From NCBI GenBank assembly GCA_020854115.1, contig JADZGC010000004.1, positions 65,665-129,664 on the forward strand: a stretch of 64,000 bases of DNA, written 5' to 3'. Made by a program: the position numbers and the translations under genes. The notes beneath the pieces were generated by a model. The model was not told where the DNA came from. It was given only the letters and a program-made list of their open reading frames with translations, and did not search any database. Source of the stretch: a bacterium. GTDB lineage: Bacteria > Patescibacteriota > Saccharimonadia > CAILAD01 > GCA-016700035. Shown here piece by piece: positions 1-7,853 of the stretch; positions within the stretch are counted from its first letter, which is position 1; each line of letters starts with the position of its first letter.

Positions 1-2
1 TC

Positions 3-881
3 TTCTTTATAGCTGACCTTCATGCCCTAAATGCTCGACAAGACCCGGAGTTACTCCGAAGTCGTAGTCTGGATCTTCTGGCATGGCTATTGGCTTTGGG
101 TATTGATGCTGAGACTAACCCTATCTTTGTACAGTCGCAGGTATCGGCTCACGCTGAGCTTGGGTGGATCCTAAATAACTACACCACCATGGGCGAGCTT
201 TCTCGTATGACGCAGTATAAGGATAAGGCTGCAAAATCTGGTGCTGCTGGTCAGCTTGTGGCTCTATTTGACTACCCTGTTTTGATGGCGGCTGATATCT
301 TGCTATATGATGCAGATGAGGTGCCTGTGGGCGACGATCAGACTCAGCATGTTGAGCTGACAAGAGACATTGCAGAACGTATGAACAATCTGTATGGAGG
401 CAATCTGTTTCGCATTCCTACGTTCTCAAAGCCGAATGCTGCGTCGCGCGTTATGATGCTCGATGATCCAACGAAGAAAATGAGTAAAAGTGAGGCGGGG
501 GATGGATGCGTCTATTTGCTTGATACAGAAGAGTCGATAAGGCGTAAGGTGAGTCGGGCCGTAACAGATTCACTGGGCCATGTGTCGTATGATCTTGCGG
601 CCCAGCCAGGCGTTAGTAATCTGTTGGGAATAGAGAGTGAGCTTACGGGTCTGAGTATTGAGGAAGTGCTCCATAAGTATTCAGGCAGTCAGTATGGCGT
701 ACTGAAGCAGGGTGTGGCAAATGCTATTTGTAACGCCCTATTGCCGCTTCAGGAGAAATACAGTGATTTACGAGCAAATGAACGGCTGCTACTGGGTGTA
801 AGTGAAAAAGGTGCTGCTCGAGCTCGAGCGGTCGCCGATAAGAAGCTTGATCAGGTGAAGCGATCACTGGGATTGTTGTAA
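3..881 (+). CDS. trpS: Tryptophanyl-tRNA synthetase (5' end truncated by window edge)
   Basis: Frame is open from position 3 (FFIADLHAL). Motifs YPVLMAADILLY, VPVGDDQTQHVELTRD and KMSKS. Confidence 0.97.
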   Translation, partial: FFIADLHALNARQDPELLRSRSLDLLAWLLALGIDAETNPIFVQSQVSAHAELGWILNNYTTMGELSRMTQYKDKAAKSGAAGQLVALFDYPVLMAADILLYDADEVPVGDDQTQHVELTRDIAERMNNLYGGNLFRIPTFSKPNAASRVMMLDDPTKKMSKSEAGDGCVYLLDTEESIRRKVSRAVTDSLGHVSYDLAAQPGVSNLLGIESELTGLSIEEVLHKYSGSQYGVLKQGVANAICNALLPLQEKYSDLRANERLLLGVSEKGAARARAVADKKLDQVKRSLGLL

Positions 882-931
882 AAAATACTCGCATATCAAC
901 AGAGTAGAGTGTCTAAAATTAGTCAAAAATA

Positions 932-960
932 TTGACAAAGCATAAGTACTTTGCTATACT
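932..960 (+). promoter_or_regulatory. Near-consensus sigma70 promoter driving the orphan ncRNA
   Basis: TTGACA 932-937, 17-bp spacer, TG-extended TATACT 955-960. Confidence 0.85.
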
Positions 961-966
961 GTACAC

Positions 967-1453
967 AAGTTAGTTCATTCAAAACAAAAACAAAAACAAG
1001 CTTTCCGCAAATTTCTTTTTATCGCTTGAACTCGTAAAAAGCGATGTTTTGTATACAGTAGGGCAACTCCGACCTGCAGACACCCCCCTTGTCTCGGGTC
1101 GGGTTTCCCCTACTGTTCGAGGGAAACCTCAGAAGGCACTCGCAAGAGAGCCACATACCACCCGCTGGATAGTAAGTATCCTCACAAAAGATGACTCCCC
1201 GTAGCGATCTTTTCATACAGGATCTACATCCGTACGGATGGTAGGGAAGCAGCGACAAAATACCCCACAACGTATCGTACCTTCAGTGGAGTATAGAGAC
1301 GCGACCGTTTTTCTAGGTGTAAACTTAGAAAAGCCCCTCGGGGCAGCACGTGCCATATAGATTCGTATCTTTTTAGGGCAGATGTAGCTGCCCCGTAACC
1401 ATTTATGTTTATTCACGCATACTAATATCGAACCCGCCGCAAGGCGGTTTTTT
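967..1453 (+). ncRNA. Putative large structured non-coding RNA, family unrecognised
   Basis: No credible ORF between promoter and terminator. Dense helices: 1055-1063/1108-1116, GAGG-GAAA-CCTC 1119-1130, GGCACTC-GCAA-GAGAGCC 1135-1152, 1339-1347/1387-1395 and others. Confidence 0.6.
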
Positions 1454-1457
1454 GTTT
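1433..1457 (+). terminator. Intrinsic terminator
   Basis: CCGCC-GCAA-GGCGG followed by TTTTTTGTTT. Confidence 0.85.
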
Positions 1458-1613
1458 ATGGACATGCGCGTGAGCGAATAGCATACTTAAGCATTAAAAG
1501 AATAAAATATATACTCAAATGGAAAGCAAAAATGACAGTATTAATAAAATAGTTCAATGATCACTACATTGTACTCAGTACAAAAGGTCGATGAACCGTG
1601 CCATAATATGACT

Positions 1614-2000
1614 ATGCGACTTGCAGAAATGAATCGGTTGGTATTGCTATTGTCAGTACTAGTACTTATTGGGTTGCTCGGGATGAGCGTCACATTATTC
1701 TTTTTCTTTGCTATATCGCCTAGAGACATTGGTGGCGTTGGCGTGACGGCTTGGTTTGTCAGTCTTTTTTGCGCCTTAGTTGCAGTACTTACTCTGATTC
1801 GTTACGTATTGCGGGTTCGCAAGGTAGAGTCTCAGTATAGACTCGAGCGGCTGCGCGTGATACTAAGAAGTAGTTTTATTATTAGTCTTTTTTTGGTCAT
1901 AGCATTAGCTATGCAAAGCCTGCGAGCCTTGAGCGCAGGCGATGTAGTACTTTTTCTCCTTACTCTTGCTATAATTGAGATATACTTTCGGACTAAATAA
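1614..2000 (+). CDS. Hypothetical 4-TM membrane protein
   Basis: Four hydrophobic segments. ATG 1614 chosen because it lies 6 nt after TG-c-CATAAT. Stop abuts pheS. Confidence 0.7.
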   Translation: MRLAEMNRLVLLLSVLVLIGLLGMSVTLFFFFAISPRDIGGVGVTAWFVSLFCALVAVLTLIRYVLRVRKVESQYRLERLRVILRSSFIISLFLVIALAMQSLRALSAGDVVLFLLTLAIIEIYFRTK

Positions 2001-2002
2001 TT

Positions 2003-3007
2003 ATGATGAGACTACATAAGAAGCTGGAGAGTCTATCTACAGCTGCTAAAAAAATGATAGCGAGTGCTGATTCTGTAGAAGCGCTTGAAAAAGCGCGAGT
2101 CCAGTTACTGGGCAAGAAGAGTGAATTGGCTAGTATATTATCGCAATTGCCTGACTTGCCAATGCGAGAGCGCAAAGAAATCGGGGCGTTGGCTAATCAG
2201 CTGAGGGCAGACCTAGAGCTGGCCATCGAGCTGCGTACACAGAAGCTTATTGACTCTGTAGATGATGCCTTAAGTTCAATCGATATCTCCGCGCCAGGGG
2301 AGTTGCATATCGTCGAGCCGGGGCACATACATCCAACGCAAGCCATACTCTCCGATATCTATGATATTTTCTTGCGGCTGGGGTTTGCAGTTGCTGATGG
2401 TCCCGAGATTGAGACTGACTGGTACAACTTCGAAGTACTGAATATGCCAGCGGATCATCCTGCGCGCGAGATGCAAGATACTTTCTATATCGAGAGTGAC
2501 GGTAAGCACCCGCCACTTGTGCCGCGCACCCATACGTCTGCCTCCCAGATTCGCTATATGGAGCAAAATGAGCCGCCATTTAAGGTCATTGTGCCGGGTA
2601 GGGTGTACCGTAACGAAGACGAGGACAGAACTCATATTTGGAGCTTTTATCAGGTAGAGGGATTGGTGGTTGGTGAAGGAGTCAGTATGGCCGATCTAAA
2701 GGGGACACTCTTGCATGTCATGAAGGAGTTGTTTGGTCCGCAGACAAAAGTTCGTTTTAGGCCAAGTTATTTCCCATATACAGAGCCATCTGTCGAGATA
2801 GATGTCTGGTATCAAGAATCCTGGCTTGAATTATGTGGGGGGGGTATGGTGCATCCAGAGGTATTACGTCAGGGGGGGATAGATCCAGAGAGGTACTCTG
2901 GCTTTGCTTTTGGGTTTGGGGCTGATCGATTAAGTTTTATTCGTTATGGTCTTCAAGATATACGCGTATTGTGGCGACCTAATCTCTTGATAAGTAAACA
3001 AGTATGA
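2003..3007 (+). CDS. pheS: Phenylalanyl-tRNA synthetase alpha subunit
   Basis: GHIHP, HPAREMQDTFY, RTHTS, FRPSYFPYTEPS, GFAFGFGADRL. Confidence 0.98.
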   Translation: MMRLHKKLESLSTAAKKMIASADSVEALEKARVQLLGKKSELASILSQLPDLPMRERKEIGALANQLRADLELAIELRTQKLIDSVDDALSSIDISAPGELHIVEPGHIHPTQAILSDIYDIFLRLGFAVADGPEIETDWYNFEVLNMPADHPAREMQDTFYIESDGKHPPLVPRTHTSASQIRYMEQNEPPFKVIVPGRVYRNEDEDRTHIWSFYQVEGLVVGEGVSMADLKGTLLHVMKELFGPQTKVRFRPSYFPYTEPSVEIDVWYQESWLELCGGGMVHPEVLRQGGIDPERYSGFAFGFGADRLSFIRYGLQDIRVLWRPNLLISKQV

Positions 3008-5853
3008 AGATAGCTGTCGAAACAATCAATCGATACTTCAAGAAACCTCTATCTACAGATAGAATGGTGAGTTTAATTGAGCGCACAGAAATCGAAGTCG
3101 AAGAAATTTTGTATGCGAATAGGCTTGATCCAAAAATTATCTTAGCTAAAGTTCTGGATGTGTTTCCGCATCCTAATGCAGATCGACTACGACTAGTAGA
3201 TATAGAATATGGTGCGAAGCGACCAACGCGTGTAGTGTGCGGTGCTCCAAATGTAGCAGTCGGGCAGCGCGTAGCCTGGGTGCGACCCGGAGCTACGCTA
3301 CCGGACGGTACGCAGATTGACCAGGCAGTCATTCGCGGTGAGAAAAGCGCAGGAATGCTAGCTAGCGCCAAGGAATTAAGCATATCGGATGACCATTCTG
3401 GAATCGTCGTGCTTGATGAAGTAACCCACTCGCTTGGAACATCATTGTGCGACATTGTATTTTCGACTGACGTCCTGGATGTGAAGACGCCTGCGAACAG
3501 GTGGGATTACCTTAGCGGGGAGGGGATAGCACGTGAGCTGTCTGCATATGATCAGTCAATTCAGCTCCTTTTGCCAGAGCGAGGGGAATATACTTATCAA
3601 GACACCGATGTCGCGAAAGTCAAGGTTAGGGAAGAGAATAAGCGGTTTCTCAGTGCTCGCTTGCGATTAAAGAACGATGTCAAAACACCATCATGGCTTG
3701 TGGATAACTTGCTCGCGAACGGATTTGTGCCACATAATCCAGTCGTCGATATTACGAATTTTGTGATGCTAGAAACCGGACAGCCATCCCATGCCTATGA
3801 TGCGAATAAAGTCCGCGGTCCCCTTACTGTGCGTTTTGCAAAGAGCGGTGAAAAACTTACAACACTTGATGATGTGCATCGTACGCTCATGGATCAGGAT
3901 CTTGTGGTATGTGATGATTCAGGTCCGATCGGACTGGCTGGCGTGATTGGTGGCGCATCGACTCAAATTGACGCCACATCAACAGAAATAATTCTCGAAG
4001 CAGCGCATTGGGATAAGACTCTAGTACGCCGATCATCCATTCGACATGGTATTAGAACGGAAGCCTCGGCTCGCTTTGAGCGCAATCTCCCACTCCCCTT
4101 GCAGCCTTACGCATTTGCGCGCTTACTTGATTTGCTGATCGACATTTGTGGCGCAGAGATTATCGAAGGACCTTTTGACCAATTGCATGCCTGGCCGTGG
4201 CGACGTTTCTTGGGAGTTCGGTTGCGCCGTGCGGAACAATACTTGGGGATGCGGCTAAAGGAAGCGGAGATGGTCAGAGGTTTACGTAGACTTGGATTTG
4301 CTGCGCATCACTTTTCTCTCTCGGCCGAGCTGAAGTCACATCTTGGTAAGCCGTATAAATGGGGCGCAAATTTCCGTCAGGATGGTGAAGAAGCCTTTGA
4401 CTGCTCATACCTGGTAGATCGTTTGTATTCGAAGCTCGGTGTAGCCGTCGGACATACTGCCTTAGGTCAGCTACATCACGGTGAAGAAGTTGACTCAAAT
4501 GATGCATTAAGACCTGGTGACGTTGTGTTTTATGAGGGCAAAATTGAGAATTCTCACACCGACCACTATTACAAGACATTGCCAGATGGCTCGAAGCAGA
4601 AAGTAGTACTCAAGTCACCGGTACGTGTCGGACATAATGGTATATATCTCGGCAACAACCAGGTTATACATGCAGCCATATATAAATTTCGCAATGGGAA
4701 GTGGGTGAAGCGTCGACAGCAAGGGGTGATCATCTCTCCCCTGTCTGAGTTTGTTGATAATCCTGGCTACATCGGTGCGCGTCGCTATATTTCGAGCTTT
4801 AATCATATTATTGCGATCGAAGTCCCCTGGTGGCGAACAGACATTACATCAGAGACTGATATCTTCGAAGAAATGGCAAAGCTAGCGGGGTATGAAAAAT
4901 TGCCAGAAAGCCTACCGCAATTGCCACCTATGCCCGGCACAGCTCAGTCACAACAGGTTGAGAACATGCGGATTCGGCATGGCCTAGTACGCCAAGGTGC
5001 AATCGAGATAAATAGCTACAGCTTTATTTCCGAAGCGGATGTAAAATTGAGTCAAATACCAGAATCTCAAGTATTACGGATAGCGAATCCACGCTCTCCA
5101 GAGCAAGCGTTCGTACGTTCATCAATGCTAGCGAGTCATGCACGATTTTGGGCAAAGCAGTCGGCGCGTGCATCGTCGCTTGGCGCATTCGAGATCTCAC
5201 GTGTGTATGAGGCACAAGGGCTTGTCAAGCAGCCGAAAGAATCTTGGCGCCTGGCGATTAGTGCGCCTGGCGAGCAAGCTCTTCAAAACGTTCAAGGATT
5301 GCTCCATTCCGTGCTGTCAGATATGCGGGCTCAGGTGACGTTTCGGGCTGGTAGGCACGACGCAGACTCGATCAGAGGATTATCTGTGTATGTGCCGCAG
5401 CGCAGCGCCGGTTTGTTCGTCGGCTCGGAGTGGGCTGGTGTGATTGGCCAGCTACGCACTTCAGTACGACGAGGCTTCTCGTTGTCTGCTGATCTAGCGT
5501 ATGCAGAGGTGCTTATTGAGCTACTGGGATCAAGTCCTCGTCCGTATCCGATTAGGGCACTACCGCCCTATCAGCTCGTCACACGTGATATCTCGCTTGA
5601 GGTACCGGTGGGTGTTTGGTGGCAGGAGATTCGAGGCGCACTGCAGTCGGATAAGCATGTGTGGCAGGTGGAGTATCGAGAAAATTATTCGGATAGCATG
5701 CTACAAAAATCAGATAGACGAGTAGTGACCGTGCGACTGTGGCTAGATCTTGGTGCTCAACCAAGCCTTGATCAAATTGACAAGTCGGTGCAACGGGCGG
5801 TCAAGGGTCTTCAGATCCAGCTGAAACAAGCTGGTAAAATCAGCGTTCGATAG
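3004..5853 (+). CDS. pheT: Phenylalanyl-tRNA synthetase beta subunit with in-frame NlpC/P60 domain insertion
   Basis: HPNADRL, VVCGAPNV, GMLASAKEL, TPANRWD, VDITNFVMLETGQPSHAYD, RTEASARFER, VPWWRTD. 949 aa because of a ~160 aa insert. ATGA overlap with pheS. Confidence 0.96.
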   Translation: MKIAVETINRYFKKPLSTDRMVSLIERTEIEVEEILYANRLDPKIILAKVLDVFPHPNADRLRLVDIEYGAKRPTRVVCGAPNVAVGQRVAWVRPGATLPDGTQIDQAVIRGEKSAGMLASAKELSISDDHSGIVVLDEVTHSLGTSLCDIVFSTDVLDVKTPANRWDYLSGEGIARELSAYDQSIQLLLPERGEYTYQDTDVAKVKVREENKRFLSARLRLKNDVKTPSWLVDNLLANGFVPHNPVVDITNFVMLETGQPSHAYDANKVRGPLTVRFAKSGEKLTTLDDVHRTLMDQDLVVCDDSGPIGLAGVIGGASTQIDATSTEIILEAAHWDKTLVRRSSIRHGIRTEASARFERNLPLPLQPYAFARLLDLLIDICGAEIIEGPFDQLHAWPWRRFLGVRLRRAEQYLGMRLKEAEMVRGLRRLGFAAHHFSLSAELKSHLGKPYKWGANFRQDGEEAFDCSYLVDRLYSKLGVAVGHTALGQLHHGEEVDSNDALRPGDVVFYEGKIENSHTDHYYKTLPDGSKQKVVLKSPVRVGHNGIYLGNNQVIHAAIYKFRNGKWVKRRQQGVIISPLSEFVDNPGYIGARRYISSFNHIIAIEVPWWRTDITSETDIFEEMAKLAGYEKLPESLPQLPPMPGTAQSQQVENMRIRHGLVRQGAIEINSYSFISEADVKLSQIPESQVLRIANPRSPEQAFVRSSMLASHARFWAKQSARASSLGAFEISRVYEAQGLVKQPKESWRLAISAPGEQALQNVQGLLHSVLSDMRAQVTFRAGRHDADSIRGLSVYVPQRSAGLFVGSEWAGVIGQLRTSVRRGFSLSADLAYAEVLIELLGSSPRPYPIRALPPYQLVTRDISLEVPVGVWWQEIRGALQSDKHVWQVEYRENYSDSMLQKSDRRVVTVRLWLDLGAQPSLDQIDKSVQRAVKGLQIQLKQAGKISVR
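4310..4800 (+). other. NlpC/P60 (C40 peptidase) domain embedded in PheT
   Basis: LGKPYKWGA...FDCS (Cys467), LRPGDVVFY, GHNGIYLGNNQVIHA (His544, His556), YIGARRY. Confidence 0.92.
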
Positions 5854-5935
5854 TACGCCACCCTAGCTTTTGTGAGTTGGCGCGTGCTACTATTATGCAT
5901 AAGCATAACTGGTAAGTGGTGGAAAAATCGCTCAA

Positions 5936-7435
5936 GTGACGGCGACAAGTCAATATAACCGCACGCAGCGTGTCACGCACGCTCATCGATTTGCCCTTCC
6001 TCGGCGGCTGTCAAAGTCTGGGCAAGCACCGAGCAAAACGGCTCGAGTGCTATTTCTGTTGCTCGCTCCGTTATTCATGTTTTTGCTCCTCAACTCCATG
6101 GCGGCAGCCTACACAGAAGGAGTGATGTATCCGGGCGTCTCAATTGCCGGCGTGAATGTATCGGGTTTAACAAAACAGCAGGCGTACACAAAGCTACAAG
6201 CCTTACCACTCGGCCGGTCATATACGATCAAGATCGACGATAAAGTATTCAAAACCACAAATGATGCACTTGGCGCGCGTTATGACTTAGACCGCACGGT
6301 CAATCTAGCGTATTCGTATGGGCGCGATACAAGTTTGCCGCTAGTTGGCCTGATGCGAATTTCTACCGAGAAGTCGCAGCTGAATCTGGCCTATGAGCTT
6401 GATTACAGGCGGCTTCAGAAATTTACCAACCAAGTGGTAGAAACAATTGGCACTCCCCCGAAGAATGCCGCCGTGGTTGTCGAGAATGGTGACATTAAGA
6501 CTGTCCCGGATGCGCCAGGGGTTGGCCTCGATCGTACGGCAGTTACGCGCCTGCTAGCTGATTCGATGGCGGGGGTAAAGGATGCAACTTTTGTGCTGGC
6601 GCCCGAAACGGTACCGGCTGATATTCAGTTGCCACAGACCGAGCCGGCAAAAGAAGAAGTAGCTAGCTACCTCAGTCTCAAGTATGACTTAGTATATGAA
6701 TCCCGACGCTTCATCCCTACCCCAGCAGAGATGGGGTATTGGGTACAGGTTGTACCTGATCGAGAGATTAATGCCTCACAATTGGTTGTCAGAATCAGTG
6801 AGCAGGAAGTACGTGGCTACATGCAGTCGGTTGCGAATCAGATAAACAAGAATCCGGTCAATAAGAAGGTGATTGTCGCGAACGGAAACTCTTCGGTCGA
6901 GCGAGAAGGGCAAGATGGCATCGCCTTAAATCAAGAAGCGGCAGTGCGTGATCTGATGGCTGCCTTGGCTGGTAAGCGAGGGGCAACCATTACACTGAGC
7001 ACTAGCCCTATCCCCTACAAGACCGAGACTACACGCACCGTTAGCTTAGATGCTCCAAAATATATTGAGATCAATCTCTCGTTGCAGCGACTTTGGGCGT
7101 ATGAAAACGGTCAAATGGTCTACTCGAGCCCGATTACCAGTGGGGCAACTGGGGCAGGGCTCGGTACGGTGACAGGATTATTCGCAATCTACTATAAGAC
7201 CACAAACACCTATCTCAATGGTCGATCGTATGGCTATAACTATAATGTGCACGTCAATTATTGGATGCCGTTCTATCTGGGGTATGGATTGCACGATGCA
7301 GCGTGGCGTTCCAGCTTTGGTGGGTCTGATTATTACTATAATGGTTCGCATGGGTGCGTTAATTTACCTGACGCGACGGCAACATTTATATACGCCTGGT
7401 CGGAGGTTGGGACCCCGGTGTGGGTACACAACTAG
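5936..7435 (+). CDS. L,D-transpeptidase (YkuD) with N-terminal TM anchor and PG_binding_4/VanW-like stalk
   Basis: YPGVSIAGVNVSGLT, IEINLSLQRLWAYENG, YGLHDA...SHGCVNL catalytic motif. Confidence 0.92.
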   Translation: MTATSQYNRTQRVTHAHRFALPRRLSKSGQAPSKTARVLFLLLAPLFMFLLLNSMAAAYTEGVMYPGVSIAGVNVSGLTKQQAYTKLQALPLGRSYTIKIDDKVFKTTNDALGARYDLDRTVNLAYSYGRDTSLPLVGLMRISTEKSQLNLAYELDYRRLQKFTNQVVETIGTPPKNAAVVVENGDIKTVPDAPGVGLDRTAVTRLLADSMAGVKDATFVLAPETVPADIQLPQTEPAKEEVASYLSLKYDLVYESRRFIPTPAEMGYWVQVVPDREINASQLVVRISEQEVRGYMQSVANQINKNPVNKKVIVANGNSSVEREGQDGIALNQEAAVRDLMAALAGKRGATITLSTSPIPYKTETTRTVSLDAPKYIEINLSLQRLWAYENGQMVYSSPITSGATGAGLGTVTGLFAIYYKTTNTYLNGRSYGYNYNVHVNYWMPFYLGYGLHDAAWRSSFGGSDYYYNGSHGCVNLPDATATFIYAWSEVGTPVWVHN

Positions 7436-7462
7436 TAAGAACAGGGTATAATCATAAGCAAT

Positions 7463-7849
7463 ATGCAGTCGACTCAATCCCAATTAGAATTAAGGCCGGT
7501 CGAAGGATCGGCGGAGCGGCAAGGGATGGGCCTTGAGCGATCGACCGAACTGGTGCCGGCTGCGGTAGAGCAGCAGGCGACCCCCCCATCTACGTCGCAC
7601 AATGTTGTCGCTGGAGATCAGGCAGCTACATCTGCCACAGAGAATGCAGCGGAAGTGACGCCGGTCCCCGTCACGTCTCCCCTGTCTGCTATGGACGACG
7701 ATAATATCGAGCCGCAATGGGTAGATGCAGTGGATCGTATTGTTGACGAGAACGGGAATGATCCACGTCAACAAGAAGAGGCTGCTGAGGACCTGAGCCA
7801 AAAATATCTCAAAGAACGTTTTGGGATTGATGTAAAAGAGGCGAGTTAG
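7463..7849 (+). CDS. Hypothetical acidic protein (CPR-type, C-terminal helical domain)
   Basis: Follows TATAAT 7447. Disordered N-terminus, then DDDNIEPQWV...DPRQQ...YLKERFG. Stop lies 4 nt before the next gene. Confidence 0.75.
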   Translation: MQSTQSQLELRPVEGSAERQGMGLERSTELVPAAVEQQATPPSTSHNVVAGDQAATSATENAAEVTPVPVTSPLSAMDDDNIEPQWVDAVDRIVDENGNDPRQQEEAAEDLSQKYLKERFGIDVKEAS

Positions 7850-7853
7850 TCGG

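Noticed and set aside
1019-1416. Minus-strand ORFs of 83 and 67 aa
   Set aside because: No recognisable motifs, and antisense to a clear promoter-terminator unit.
967-1457. Orphan RNA as a T-box leader, tmRNA, RNase P RNA or SRP RNA
   Set aside because: I found no GGTGGTACCGCG T-box, tRNA-like ends, GAGGAAAGTCC or SRP motif on either strand. A separate gene and promoter lie between it and pheS.
4310-4800. PheT insert as an intein
   Set aside because: No Cys/Ser start paired with a His-Asn-nucleophile end, and no HINT or LAGLIDADG motifs. The motifs are those of NlpC/P60.
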